Shown here piece by piece: positions 48,360 through 61,995 of a DNA stretch of 64,000 nt. The DNA comes from Trypanosoma brucei. Taxonomy: Eukaryota. Location of the stretch: the NCBI GenBank assembly GCA_000002445.1, contig CH464491.1, forward strand, positions 5,184,001 to 5,248,000. The letters run 5' to 3'. Within the stretch, counting starts at the first letter, position 1. Each line of letters begins with the position of its first letter. The position numbers were made by a program, and so were the translations under genes. Under the pieces are notes generated by a model, which did not search any database, was not told the origin of the DNA, and worked only from the letters and a program-made list of their open reading frames with translations.

Positions 48360-51300
48360 ATGCCGGCCACCTCAACGTGGTGCCAGGGTCCAGTACCCCG
48401 TATCATCTGTGGAAGCCAAGAGCCAGCAGCGTTCCTTTCATGGGGAACACTGCTGTGCTCCGGCTACGGCATCATACAGCACAGGGATCAGCAGCGTCTT
48501 GCTGGGACACCGTTTTTCATTTGTCGGTCCCTGGGCACGTGCCAGCGTGCCATCAGCAGTATCATCCGCACTAAGATGCTGCTGTCCGGTGATGTGGAAG
48601 AGAATCCCGGCCCATCGTTGCGCGGGATGCAGTGGAACTGCGCCGGGCTATCTCAAGAAAAGAGATTAGCACACCACAAAACCCTTGTTGATGAGCGGAT
48701 CGCCTTTTGTCTGTTGAGCGAGACAAGGATGACGCCTGGAGAGGCGGCTTGCTTTAGCGTTGCTGGCTACCAACATCACGGAATAGCTCGTAACTTCAAA
48801 GGAGGTGGTGTATCAATACTAGTGAGGGGGGACCTACCAGTCGAGACCGGTATGGCCGTTGTTGGTCGCATTGAACAAGTGCATGCAACAATTCACCTTG
48901 CACGTGGAACGGCGCTGACTGTCACGTCGGCATACATCCCACCAAAACACACCTTCACGGCAACTGACCTAGATACGCTTCTGACAACTGACGGTGCCCA
49001 GCTCATCGGTGCAGACGCTAACGCACACGCGTTGGCATGGGATCGCGCGAGCCCACCAAATACAAGGGGTGAAACCCTCACACAGTGGTGCATTGACAAT
49101 TAGTTTCTGGTCTGCAACACTGGTGAGTGCACCAGGTACGCGCGCCACCACGGGGAGTCCACCCCTGATGTGACACTGTCAAGGAATTGCACAGTGTACA
49201 CGTGGACATCGCTGTATTCTCCCGATAGCGATCACCATCACATATTTTTCGACGTTATCGTTGGAGACGACACAGATGCACTGAGTTGCCCGCGGCTTCG
49301 AAAGCCCATGTACGCATGGCTAAAAGCTGACTGGAGGAATATCCGTCTCAAGGTTGACGAGCTCTGCAGGAAAATTAATAGAGAGAAGAACGTCAACACC
49401 CTGGAACAGAAATTGAGCTTCGCCATCCGCATTGCGACGAAGGTCTCCGTCCCCCGTGGCTGCAGAGCAACGGCACCACATTGGACACCTGAGCTCGCGA
49501 AACTCGATGAAGAGATCGCTGGATGCGGACCCTCCCACCGAAGGGAAAAGTTGGTAGCCACGCGTAAGCAGATCCTGGACCGTACCACAAAGAAGAAATG
49601 GAGCACGCTATGCTCCAGACTTGCGGTGTCAGACCGCTGCAGTTGGCACATTGTCAAGAAGGTATATCCGCCACGACCACTAACCACACCGGCGGTACTT
49701 GTTGATAACGCGGCCATCACGGACTACTGTCAAGCTGAGAGGTTCATTAAACTGTACTCGTCCCGCGCAAAAAGGCACCCCGACTCACACCCACCGGCAC
49801 CAATAAAGACGATAGCGAGTGAGTTCAGTCCCATCACGATGGCTGAACTACGGAAATCGATCAAACAACTTCCGAGTGGATCCACAGCCGGACCTAATTG
49901 CTTATACAACGAGGCACTACAACATCTCGGTAGAACAGCGTTGAATGTTGTTCTGAGGCTATTCAATGAGAGCCTACGAACGGGAGTCGTGCCGCCTGCA
50001 TGGAAGACTGGTGTTATCATCCCCATCCTGAAGGCCGGAAAAAAGGCGGAGGACCTCGATTCTTACAGGCCAGTGACGCTCACGAGCTGTCTCTGCAAAG
50101 TCATGGAGCGCATAATTGCCGCGAGGCTTAGAGACACTGTTGAGTCCCAGCTGACGCCGCAGCAATCAGGCTTTCGCCCCGGATGCTCAACGCTCGAACA
50201 ACTCCTGCACGTCCACGCTGCCCTCTGCCTCCCCACGCACCAATCTCGTACGGGTGCTGTATTTGTCGACTACGAGAAGGCATTCGATACAGTAGACCAC
50301 GACAAAATTGCGAGGGAAATGCACAGAATGAAGGTATCACCCCACATTGTGAAGTGGTGCGTATCATTTCTGAGTAACCGAACTGGCAGAGTGAGATTCA
50401 AGGAGAAGCTTTCCAGAAGCAGAACATTTGAGCGAGGAGTGCCACAAGGAACTGTCCTTGGCCCAATCATGTTCATTATTGTCATGAACTCGTTGAGCCA
50501 ACGCCTTGCAGAAGTGCCGTTACTGCAGCACGGATTCTTTGCAGACGACCTGACGCTACTTGCGAGGCACACAGAGAGGGATGTCATCAACCACACACTA
50601 CAATGCGGTCTAAACGTGGTGTTACGGTGGTCAAAAGAGTACTTCATGTCTGTCAACGTAGCGAAAACAAAGTGCACACTCTTCGGGTGTATAGAGCGTC
50701 ACCCCCTTACATTACAACTGGACGGCGAAAGAATAGGAGCTGACAGGACACCGAAGCTTCTAGGAGTAACATTCCAGAGTCTGCAAGGGATGGCAACACA
50801 TGCGGCCAAAACGAGACGCAAGATGGATTTCAGACTACTGCAGATAGCAGCCATCTCAGCTTCTACATGGGGGCTAAGACGACAAGTACTGAGAGCTTTT
50901 TATCTAGCACTCGTACAGGCACACACCATGTATGGCATTGAGGTATGGTACTGGGACGCTTCGGAACGAAGTCGCGACCTCCTTGCATCAGCACAACACA
51001 AAGCCAGTCGCATCATAGCCGGCATACCACATGGGACGCGCAAAGAGGACTCTCTGCTGGAAGCAAACCTCCTGCCACTCAAGACGACCACTCTTGTGCG
51101 CAGCATGAAATTCATGCTGATGTGTGAGTCACGAGGCGGATGTTTGCGGCGCAGTGCTGAAGAAGTATACCACAGCAAACACCCAGTCAGAGTCTTACAT
51201 TCCCGCATCATGCTGTCCTACCCCCACCTCCGCATTGAGCCACGCGAGCAACCACTAGAGACATCGACGCTCCGCCACAGCTGCCGACCGCTATTTCACA

Positions 51301-53336
51301 CGCAGATAAAGCCTGTGTGCGCTGATGACCCTGACGATGTCAAAAGCGAGGCTTCCGAAAAGTGGATTGCACGGCATTTTGCACGGAGGGGGAAGGAGCC
51401 ACAGCGGCGAGAGCACTACGAATTGTGGACTGATGGATGCGTGTCCCTCGGTGAGAAGTCCGGAGCAACTGCCCTGCTCTATAGAAACAACACGCTGATT
51501 TGCGCACCCAAAACTGGAGCAGGGGAACTCTCATGCAGTTACAGAGCGGAATGCGTAGCATTAGAGATAGGACTGCAACGGCTGCTGAAATGGCTTCCGG
51601 CATACAGAAGCACAACGAGCAGGTTGTCCATCTTCTCTGACTCGCTGTCAATGTTAACAGAACTGCAGACAGGCCCCCTAGCCGTAACGGACCCAATTCT
51701 AAGACGACTATGGAGGCTTCTGCTTCAAGTTCAGAGAAGGAAGATACGTATCCGACTGCAATTTGTGTTTGGCCATTGTGGCGTGAAACGGAATGAGGTT
51801 TGCGATGACATGGCCAAAAAGGCCGCTGATTTACCACAGTTGCGAAATACATGGATCCCCGACATCATTGCTTATGCGAAGCGAGTGCTTAGGTCGGAAG
51901 AAGTCTATGAGAACACTCATAGGTTTGGTATCACGGGCAACCACTTTCCAACAAAACCTAAGAAAGAAGAACTGACGAGGGAGGAAGAAACGGCACTGGC
52001 ACGCTTTCGGGTTGGATCTTCAAGACACTATGGATGGATGTTGCGAAAGATCAACCCGAGTGTGCCTCCACAGTGCCGATGGTGTAACCCGCAACATGCA
52101 GCGATAGGGCCAACAATACGAATGCCCCCAACTGTTGCGACACGCACTCTTCAGAGAACCTCCGAACCGACCAAATGTACGGAGTGTGATGCCACATACC
52201 AATGCCGCTCGAGTTCTGTAACGCACATGGTAAACAAACACGGCTTTGTGCGAGCTGATGCCCTCAGGAGGATCAAATACGGCGATGCAACACCTGCAGT
52301 GGACATCCCCCCGGAGTCCCCTCCAGTGGTGGCGATCGTTCCTCTACCATCGAGCACACGAGTCCCGATGAGACTGCAGCTGCTTCATTGTACCCTCTGT
52401 ACCTCCAAATTCGCAGTGCCAGGCCGACTATTACACCACCTTAGAACAATACATGGCATAGGCAGCGGTAGTTGCCGCGTGAAAAGGGGTCGAGAGAACG
52501 AAGACTCATTGCAAGGAGATGGTAGAGCCCCAGCAGCGCTAGCCCCTCAGGATACACGGAAGCTGCCGTTTCAATGTGACCTGTGCGAGCCGAGCTTCGG
52601 TACACGTTCTTCCCTGTCACTACACAAGAAATTCAAACATAAGAGCATAGTGACGGAGGACGGTACCGTGGTGTTGGTGCAATTCCCTCGTAAGCGTGCC
52701 CGTGAGGGAAACGTTGACGTCCCGGGGAAGGGCGAGGTGCAGTGTGGTGTGTGCCAAAAAGTGCTCAGTTGCAGGGACTCCCTCATCCGACACTGTAAGG
52801 CTTTCCACAAAGGTGAGGGAGTGGAGCTTAAATGCAGCAAAAGCACAAAATTGTGTGCCACTGATTCCCCGCATACAAACGCATCCATCTTGGTGTGCCC
52901 GACATGCGGAAGGCAGTGTGCTAGCAAAACTGGCCTCACCCTACATCAAAAGAAGATGCACGGTATGAAGGTAGAGCGCGCTGTTACCAGCCAACGCGGC
53001 GACTGCGAAGAAACGTCACTGCACCTGATGAGCTGTCCCGGTTTGAAGGAGTTACGTGTCAGGTTTGCGGTAGAAGGTGTGTGTGTGCAGGATGTATGTT
53101 TCTCTAAAAGGCTGGCGCAGTTTCTCATTGCGGTTGAACGGAGCCGGCCGCAGGTGAAGTCCTCACCTAATGTAACAGTCATACAACCCACTCTCCCTTC
53201 TGCAACTTCCCCCCTTATTGCCGAGTGTGGAGCTAGCAGGAAAAGCACCGGACGCAGGAATAGTCCAGACACCCTCAGAGACAGAGGAGGTATGCAGTCA
53301 ACAAGCAACAGAAACAGAAAGAGGGGGAGAGAATAA
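48360..53336 (+). CDS. ingi polyprotein: AP-endonuclease, 2A-like motif, reverse transcriptase, RNase H, three C2H2 zinc fingers; one internal in-frame TAG
   Basis: ORFs 48360-49103 and 49170-53336 are in the same frame, and the codons at 49104-49169 contain no stop. RT motifs FVDYEKAFDTVDHDKI and FADD. RNase H-like region ELWTDGC...ECVALEIGL...FSDSLS. Fingers FQCDLCEPSFGTRSSLSLHKKFKHK, QCGVCQKVLSCRDSLIRHCKAFHK and CPTCGRQCASKTGLTLHQKKMHG. Confidence 0.85.
48591..48614 (+). other. 2A-like peptide motif DVEENPGP (copy 2)
   Basis: gatgtggaagagaatcccggccca, in frame within the ingi ORF. Confidence 0.7.
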
Positions 53337-53619
53337 TAAACGAATAACAAAAATCAAAACAGAAGGATTGGTAATTGACATCTTTGAGAGAGTCCGGAGT
53401 GGGGGGCTTCTTGCCCCATCTGCTGTATTCCGTTCAACTGCGGAGCTACAACAAAACGTTATAGAGAGTGTGTTAGGGTGAATAAAAAAGGGAGACTCTG
53501 CCACAGTCGCCAGACCGATAGCATCTCAGGACTCTACGGTGATGGCTGATGGCCGCGCCAGTGAGGGGAAACTCCCACGAAGGCAGGGAGAAAATTCCAA
53601 AAAAAAATTTTTATTGTTA

Positions 53620-54515
53620 TCCCTTTAGCTTGGCATAACTCATTTGCTACTGCCTCCGCCGTGGTTAGCATTTGGCGGTATAACATGGTTTGCGGACGGT
53701 TTGTCTGCTTGATATGCTGCGTGCATGTTGATGCTCTCTCCTCGGCTGCAAAAGCTACTTTGGCTTCCTGGACACCGAGCCTGCGTTTGCCGTCCCAAGG
53801 CTCTTGGCGCTATTGAGGCACCCGCCAGTTTCGAAGACGTTGTTGCTGGAGGTGCTGATGTCGCCTTTGCCGCGCGTATCGAGTTTCATTTGTGGTAGTT
53901 GAAACAACTCGTCGGGATGTAGCTTCATGACTCCTATTTTTTTAGCTCCGATGTTGCCGCCGTTATGTGGGGGCCGCTAGTAAGATCTGCTTGGTAGTCT
54001 TTGGCTGCAGTTTGTTGGAATGTAACGGCAATGTCGCATTTTTTTCTGTGCCCGCTAGTAAATTGTCTTGCCCTGTCCCTGATTTGCCGTTTGAGATGAC
54101 GGCTTGTGCTCTGTCGGTGGCGTAGATGGCCATTTTAAGTGGTGCTATTCTGGAGTTCAGGGTTAGAAACGCGTTTTCCAGGGCTTTCAGTCCTGTGCTG
54201 AGTTGCTGTGCTTGTTCTTGCGCCCGCCACCGTTGTTAGTGCAAAAAGTGCCACGTACTCTGTTTTGGTTTCGGCATCTTGAGCTAATGTGGCTGCTGTT
54301 GAAAGTTGTATGATGTCATTTGAAAGCTCTGGTAGCCTGTTGTCTGCCATTGTGATTTGCGTACTAAATTCGCTGCTTAATTTCTGTAGGTATCCAATCT
54401 CCTTTCACGGCGTATTAACAGCATCAGTGAGTGTTCTCTTTGCCGGTTGTGCTGCCGCCAATTTGGCGGTTAGAGTAAAGAGTACAAAGCCTGTGGTTTC
54501 CGCGCGCATTGACTA
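53620..54515 (-). pseudogene. Highly degenerate VSG N-terminal remnant directly flanking the ingi poly(A)
   Basis: Minus strand gives MRAETTGFVLFTLTAKLAAAQPAKRTLTDAVNT (signal-like), then a series of frameshifted VSG-like ORFs such as 54135-54350. Confidence 0.5.
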
Positions 54516-56039
54516 GCTTTTTATCCACCGCTACTACCTTCAAATTTCATCAAAAAAAGTGTATGAAGAAGTAAGTTTAGTCATTGGCAGCGCCTAGGAT
54601 GTGTATACGGATGGTGCAACATTTACATATAAATATTTTACCAATGCCATAACTTTGTTTCTTTTCGATCTTTACGCTGTTGGACTGTGCATCAACATCG
54701 GACGCCACTGCGTCTACTAAGTTTGTTGTTTTCTGTCTCAATTATTTATCGGCGGTAGACACTTCTCCATTGAAGGACAACTTCTATTCGGAGTTTGTTG
54801 GTGTTATGTTCTTCAACTTGAATCTTTTGAGGTTTGAAATTGGTTGTTTAGACTACTTTGTTCTTTCTCCATCATCTCAGCTTGAGAGGATCCAATAATG
54901 TGTCTACGTGTGTGGGCCTCGTAAATAAAACTTATTTTTAGGCGAATATTTTGAGATCTTTATTACAATAGGACCGCTATATATTTGTATCTATGCCGTA
55001 GCTCTCCAGTTTTTCAACCCCAATACATAACCTCTTTATAAAACAGCACAAATTTCCATATATAAATTTACAAATCTTGTTGTTTATAACTTTTTTTCAA
55101 TTTTTGGCTCTATAGTCAGCTAAGGTGACAAAATAACGTATTTGTTTAGGTTGTATGCGCAATACAGTATTTTTTAGGTTCATTTTTTAAAAGCCTGCTT
55201 GCGGTTAAGACTTTGTAATTTTTGTGTGAATTGCACTATTACGTCTTTTTCCTCATACGTTGTTGCTTCAGTTAGACTTCGTCGGCCCTTATGCTTATAT
55301 GGAATCCCCACTGTTTTAAAGTACTTAAAGTGTCACCGTTATACCAATATAGAGGCGGTGGAGTATTACTAGCAGCTCTTAGTACCACATATAAAGTTGG
55401 TCTGTAGTTTCATACGCGCGGTATTTTATGCATTTTCCTCATTTTTATATTTTACTGCCCACGGTAATTTAATAGCAATTCTATTTTTAAAACGTTTCTC
55501 CAAATAATATTGAAAGTTGGCCTAAAATGTTGACATTATTGCTGTATCTAATAAAAACAATTCGACATTTCCCTACACTTATCTAGTTTATGCCGTATGT
55601 TTCTGCTTGGGTTTGCTCATAGTTACAGCTGGACATTAGAATTTATAATCCCATTAAAGTTTACAGGCAGCACCATCTCAGTCGTTGCATCTCGCTATTG
55701 CTGTGTTAACCGTGAAGCACAGCCAACTCCTGAAACATTGTGTACTTTTCTGCGGATCTGTGCATCCTGTATTTTCTTTCCTTATTTTTCCTCTCCTATC
55801 GGTTGCTTCTGCGGATGGAAAAGCGACTCCATTATACTTGTATACTGGACTTTGTTTCCCCTTTACTCTCACCTTTATCATTTTCATGTGTATGGTGATG
55901 GTCATTTTCACATTTATGTATGAACCTGTGCATCTTATATCTCTTTCTATCTCACTTACTTCCTCCAATTGAACAGTTATATTGTTTTAAGTGCTCCTCT
56001 ATTTTGTCATTGAATCCATGGTTCACAAATACTTCTATT

Positions 56040-56100
56040 ATATATTAATAATTACACATTGACAACACTCTCGTATCATTATTATCATCATCATCATCAC
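56040..56100. repeat. Degenerate 70-bp repeat
   Basis: acacattgacaacactctcgtatcattattatcatcatcatcatcac. Confidence 0.55.
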
Positions 56101-56366
56101 TACGTTACCTTTATAACCTTAACTAATAACCATAAAATAAACAAAATTAAAATACGGTAACATTTTGATATTTATAACCCTATTAATTTACACCCATAGC
56201 CCACTATAATACACTTTTTACCAGTGTTTTAATTATTAATTTTTAAAGATTTGCTCACTTTCATCGAAAAGTGTTAGAATATTTCAAATTTTAGAAATTG
56301 CCGCAAATTCTCAAAAATTAAGTAATTTTCTTAATTTTCTACAAGTGAAGGGAAATCCTACAAATG

Positions 56367-57802
56367 TTATGCGAGAAGTAAAACTGCAAGCAAAAGAGGA
56401 GCCTTATTTATTAAAACAGAATTGCTTCCTGTGGTGTTTGTGGGTTTGCCATCTTTTCCTATTTCCTGTTTTGCTTTTTTGCCTCTTTTTGTGCGGCTAT
56501 TGTGAGTTTGCACTTTTCTTCTGTCTTATTCCATTCGAAACCCTTAGTGGTGCCGCATTCTCCCTCTTCTTTGCCATTTCATTCTGGTTTCTGTGGTTTC
56601 TTTTCGTAATCGTTTTGTGTCTTTTCGAGTTCCTCTTTGGCACGCTTAAATTTTGTCTTGAGGTCTATCTGGTAGTACAACACCGATTGGATTAGCTCTT
56701 TTGTGGAGGTAATAGACGACGCCTTTTCTGTTTTGACTTCTTCGCTTTTGCCGTCGTATATTGGCGTGTCTATAAGGGTTTGCCATTTGGAACCGAAGTT
56801 TTCGCCGCCATCGGCCAGAAGGCTTTTGATTTTGCTTTTGGCGTAGGCTTCTAGCGTGCTGTCAGACCCTTTCATGCCTATTAGCTTCAGTTTTTTTACT
56901 ACGGTAGCGGCAAAATGTGAGTCGGATGCTAGTTCCTTGGCTTTATTCTTTCCTACGTGCTCTGCTTCCGTCGTTGCATGTTTTAGCAGTTCGAGTGTTG
57001 CCGAGTGCGCTTGCTTAATTAGCGCCGCCCCCGTCGCTGTTGAGTTGGCCTTAATGTTTTGCCCGTGCCCTGTTTTGAGTGTTGTCGCCGCCGTGCTGAC
57101 GCTGAGTGTGCCGCCTGCAGCCAAGAAAGCTGCGCCATGCTGGAAGAGTCTGTCGTTTCCTGCCTGCGCGTTTTGGAAAAGTACGCACTTGTTCGCGTTT
57201 GTTGAGTCGTCCTTGACATCTGCTGCCTTTAGCGAGCTTATGCCGTTCTCCGTGAAAGTTGTGGTTAGTGTTTCTGAAGTGTCTGTTAGGCTTATTGCTT
57301 GGTCTATCGGGCAATCGCCTAGGCCGCTTTTGCCGCTAATGACGTTGGATCCATCCGTGTCTGCTAGGCAGCCGTTTATTGTCCCACTTTGCCCGGCAGT
57401 CATTAGCGTAAAGAACTCGGATACACCGCCGTAAACGGCCGCCGCCACCGCTGCTGCTTCGAGCGCTGTTTTTCGAAGCTCTTTTAGGTTCAGCAGTTTT
57501 GTCTGCGCCTCGCTCCTTAGTTCCGCCGCCAGCGCCGCCAGTATTAGAGCTTCTCCGGCGTCTGCGTGTGCCCCCGCTACAGCCGCCATCTTAAGGGCTG
57601 GGTTTTCCAATGCTTCGATTGTACCCTGTGCTTCTGTTAGCTTTTGTTCTGCCGTTGCTGGTACCGTTCTGAGCTCTTTTTCTGTTGCGCACATTTTATT
57701 CCAGGCTGCTTTCTTCAGAGCTGCCCCGGTTGTGGCTGATCGTTGGGTACACATCAGGACTGCGACATATGTGAAAGCTATGATCCTGGCGATTATGTGC
57801 AT
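56367..57802 (-). pseudogene. VSG with intact 407-aa N-terminal ORF (56579-57802) and frameshifted C-terminal domain/GPI tail
   Basis: ATG at 57802 (MHIIARIIAFTYVAVLMCTQRSATTGA). CTD pieces ...ECGTTKGFEWNKTEEKCKL... and ...KDGKPTNTTGSNSVLINKAPLLLAVLLLA* lie in other frames. Confidence 0.7.
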
Positions 57803-59399
57803 TTATCCTGGTCTTTTCTTGTTGTTTTGAACTTTTATAATATAAGGAGATTCATTGCATATCTGTAAATGGTTTAGAGGTGAAGCAGGACAATCTATTA
57901 ACGATTCGCGACAAGGCTTGTTATGTTAAAGTACAAGATAAGGAGACTTATATTAATTGTTTATTTTCGCGCCTTCGGTTACAAAGCACCATTGATTTGA
58001 ATTCAAAATTTAGTCTTTTTGTGACGTATACTTGAATGTTTAATTAAAATGCACAGTTACCCATGTTGTTGTTTCGCATTTACTTTCTCTCGAGAAAAAT
58101 TTTGCGTTCTTACACGGCTTCTATATCATTGACTGCGCTACCTTGGTATAATATTGTCTTCGTTATATTTCTTGTGCTTTGTATTCGTCCTTCTGTAGTG
58201 TACACCATATTTTTTAAGGTACAATTTAAATTCCATGGTAAAATAAAAAAAATGATGCGTTAGTTGTGCAGAGTATTCTACATTTAAATTTAACCTAGGC
58301 TTTCAATATCTATAACATTTCTCTCTGCTCTTTTTAGATTGTCACCACTATGCTGCGAAAATTCCCCACACTTTTTCACCTAAGAAGTCAGATGTCGGTG
58401 CTTCTGATCTACTTTATTTGTCGCCAACTTGCCGCTGGTACATCCAGATTCTGTTACCATATAACGCCTTTGTTTTGTATGTATCCGCTATCTTGGTTGG
58501 GATTCCTTGGAATATTGTTCTTTCTTTTCTTCCTTTTTACACTTAAATTTGGTAGTTGTGGCGCCATTCGCAAATTTCTTGAGTGTTGTAAGTTCTTTGT
58601 TCGCTCAATTGAATGTTTTTTCTAATGCATGTAATGTGTAGCACTAGATTATTGAATACATTTAATTTTTTACCTCTATGATAGCATTGAAGTGGTGGTA
58701 TATCATTACAAACTTTTCTACTTTGTTTACTTCTAAAAGTACTTCTTATACATGATCTACTGCAAGAATATTCAACGTTTTTATTCCTTTTTTTCTCCCG
58801 CCACAACTTCATTGGTAGTTCTAGTTATCAAACTATCCTCCAGACAATATTATGTTGATTCCACAAATGCTTTAGTCAGTACTATATCTGATGAAAAGAA
58901 GAATTAGACAGCACCTTATGCCTCCCAAATCTCTTTTTCCTGCTCTTGCCCCTGATTTTTTCAAATATTGTTATCATAATCTCTGGTCAGATTAATAAAC
59001 ACAGTGAGAATCATCATTTTTGCAGTACAACATATCCATCATTGTGTAAAATGCATGGAATAATTGTCTCATCCTGAAGTATTATTATCATCTTTTTTGT
59101 ATTGTCCTGCTTCCGTTTTATCCCATTTTATAAACCCCTTTCCCTGCTTACGCAGCTACAGTAGCAATTCATTTAGAATTTTTACTAGATTATGTCTTTA
59201 GATTATCGTCCAATCAGTCTTATCATTGTGTATGTTGACGCTCAAAATCAAGCTTTCTTTGAAATCACAATATTCAATATCCTTTCTGCGTTTTCTTGAA
59301 TAAAATTAATTTTGATCTTGCACTCACTCACTTACCACCATTGTACCCTTGCAATGTTTGTAAGTGTTTCTGTTTTAGGCATCCATTCGGCTCTCTAAA

Positions 59400-59520
59400 T
59401 ACTCTTATAATACCGGTAGACACACTCAAAACACTCTTCTTTTATTCTGATTCTTCTTATTATTATATTAGTATATACACACTCATAACATTCTTTCCCT
59501 TCTGATATTACCACTATTAA
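59400..59520. repeat. Degenerate 70-bp repeat
   Basis: tattatattagtatatacacactcataacattc core, with a poor ATT tract. Confidence 0.55.
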
Positions 59521-59566
59521 GAAATTGTTATAAATTTAATAAATTTCCGCAACAATTTTCAAAATG

Positions 59567-61003
59567 CTAGAATGTTGCAAAACTCACAAAAACAGCAGCC
59601 ACACTCAGGGCCAATTTCTTATTGACAAGAAAACAGGAGTCCTACACTCTTTGCCCTTCCATTTGCAATTTTCTGTGCATTCTGCCTCTTTTTGATTAGA
59701 TTTGCAATCTGAGACTGCTACCCCACCTTCTTTTTTTCCATATTCCTGTTTTAGCTTGTAATTTGAATCCTTTACGCACTTCTTTTTTCCACCTTCTTCG
59801 ACTTCTTTGCAGCCTTCTTTGCAGTTATCTCCTGGCCCTTTCTTTTGACAACTCTCATCTGTCTCGGTAATCCTTGTGGTTTCTGTGTTTTTTTTGCTTT
59901 TTCTTCCTGCAATTGATTTGCTAAGTTTGCAACGGCTTCTCTGTTCATTATATGCTGAAGAAGTATGCTTTTTCTTAGTTCACCATCATCGCCAACCGTG
60001 CTGACTGCTTTATCGGCTGTGTTTTTGCCCTCGATTTTTTTGACAGCCACCTTTTCTAGTGCTTCCATGATCTTTTTTGGTTGCTGGCCTGTTTTTGGTG
60101 CTATTGAGTCTATTAATTGCTGAGCCCACCCTTCACCGTCTGGCGGTTTTGCTTGGGGATGCTTTTCTTGTAGTACTATTATTATCATGGATGTCACTTT
60201 ATTTCCTGAATTTAATTCTCGATTACGTTGGCAGCCGTTTCACCGCATGTTGATGGGTTGGCTGTCTTGAGGTCTACTAGGGCTTTGTAAAGCTTTTTCG
60301 GCATCGTGTTGGCCGCTCCACCGTTGAGCTGCCATTGAGATGCTATGGCGTGCAGCGAGCTGAATACTGCTGCGTTGTTGCCGCTATCAGCCGCAGTGAC
60401 CTTTATCAGCTGCGACGCAAAGTCGTGGGGGCCTGATGACTGGAATAGGTCGGCCGCTGCCGGCACACCGCCGCTTTTGCGCAGAAACATGCATTTTGTA
60501 TTGTCTGTCCCGTCGAGCAAACTACCTGAATTCATGGTTGGAAAGCCGCTTGCTGATACTAGCCTGTCATCAAAGGGTTGCGGTTCGCCAGTTGTCGCGA
60601 ATTCTGGTGCCGTACATTCGAAATCGCCAATTTTTGTCGCCGTCACTGTCGTATTTTTTGTCGTGCTAAGGCAATAGCCCGTCGTGGCCCCACCGTTAGA
60701 AACTGCCTTGAGTAAAGAGATAAATTCGGCAATGCCGCCCGCTGTGCTTGCGGCTCTGGCCGTTGCTGCGAGGCCCTTTTTCACAATGTCGTCATGCTGT
60801 TCGGTTGCTTGATCTACGCAGTCCTGGGCCGCCATGGCCATGGCATAGTACACCGGGCTCGTATTAGTATTTTGTGTCGCCGCTGCTCCTGCGAGTGCTT
60901 GTACTTGGACCTTGTTTGCTGCTGCAATTGCGTTCTTTATTGTCTGCGCTTTTTGACTTGCATGCTGTCCTATCTTGCTTAGAAACGCCGATAGTGTGCA
61001 CAA
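59567..61003 (-). pseudogene. VSG pseudogene, N-terminally truncated (no ATG or signal peptide), frameshifted; paralog of the 8994-10485 pseudogene
   Basis: ORFs 60212-61003 (track start is a TTG) and 59772-60197. ...LRKSILLQHIMNREAVANLANQLQEEKAKK parallels ...MRKSLLLRHIKNKETFENLRKQFQEEIAKK at 9228-9905. GPI tail [24 protein letters not shown] is in another frame. Confidence 0.7.
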
Positions 61004-61804
61004 CTTTTCAACCTCGGTTCATTTGAACGGCTTTTTCGTCGTCGCCTCCGTGTTGCTGCACACTATGTGCAAGATATACGCAAAAGTTAGTGCATAAGTT
61101 GTCAATTGAGATTGTTCGGGCCACATGGATGTGCGGTGCATGTGCTGGCGCTCTTGAAGCTTCAGAGAGGTAAACTGAAAGGTATGCTATGTTATTGATC
61201 AAGTATAAATATGTATTGTTTTCCGTGCACATGCTAAAAAATAGTGTACGCTATTGCTTTGCTTTACCAAATCTCTGTATTTGACCAAGGAAGTTACCGT
61301 GTGTCTTCTATGATTTCTTCGGGACGGTTATAATGTTGACGTTAAAACTCTTTCAAACTGTGGTACTATTATATACAACCCTTGAGCCCGTTAAGCTCTT
61401 TCACTGTATCTGTTTCCATAAAATGTCATATTTTTGTTAAAAATACTAGACATTTCACTTCTCTAGACTACCATCAATCGAAGTCACCGCGGGAACTGAT
61501 CAAGTAGTTTGCAATACCCATTTCTTCACACCTTTGGATGTTTTAGCTTCTAAGTTCGCTTTCAGTTCCAATTTTTCGAGACTTATTGAGACACTGCAGC
61601 TGCACCCCCGCCTCTAGATTCACGTTGATTATTCGTGGCTGTTTCATTCCCCAGTTGCCTGTGTATGGTTTGGTTGGCTTAACCACTGCAGGCCGAGAAG
61701 GTGCAACTCTCTTAATGCGGCGAACCGTATCTAAATAAAATCTAAATGGTTCTGGAGTCTGAACTCCGCTTGGTATCGTGAGCTGTCTATCACATTCTTT
61801 ACAA

Positions 61805-61859
61805 TAATGATACACTCACAACACTCTCCTATTATTATTATTATTATTTATTATTATTA

Positions 61860-61891
<32 letters not shown>

Positions 61892-61995
61892 CATTATTAT
61901 TATTATTATTATTATCATTATTATTATTATTATTTATTATTATTATTATTTATTATTATTATTATTATTTATTATTATTATTTATTATTATTACT
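61805..61995. repeat. 70-bp repeat with long compound (ATT)n/(ATTT) microsatellite
   Basis: Core atacactcacaacactctcc followed by ~180 bp of ATT repeats interrupted periodically by extra T or C. Confidence 0.8.

Larger units (their letters stand above)
48352..53607 (+). mobile_element. ingi non-LTR retrotransposon, full-length, near-intact (copy 2)
   Basis: 5' end cccctggcgatgccggccacctcaacgtggtgccagggtccagtac and poly(A) at 53599-53607. A single 1657-codon reading frame is broken only by TAG at 49101-49103. Confidence 0.9.

Noticed and set aside
48360-49103. Treating the 247-aa and 1388-aa ingi ORFs as two separate genes (ORF1/ORF2)
   Set aside because: They are in the same frame, separated only by a single TAG with open codons in between. 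They are better described as one interrupted polyprotein frame.
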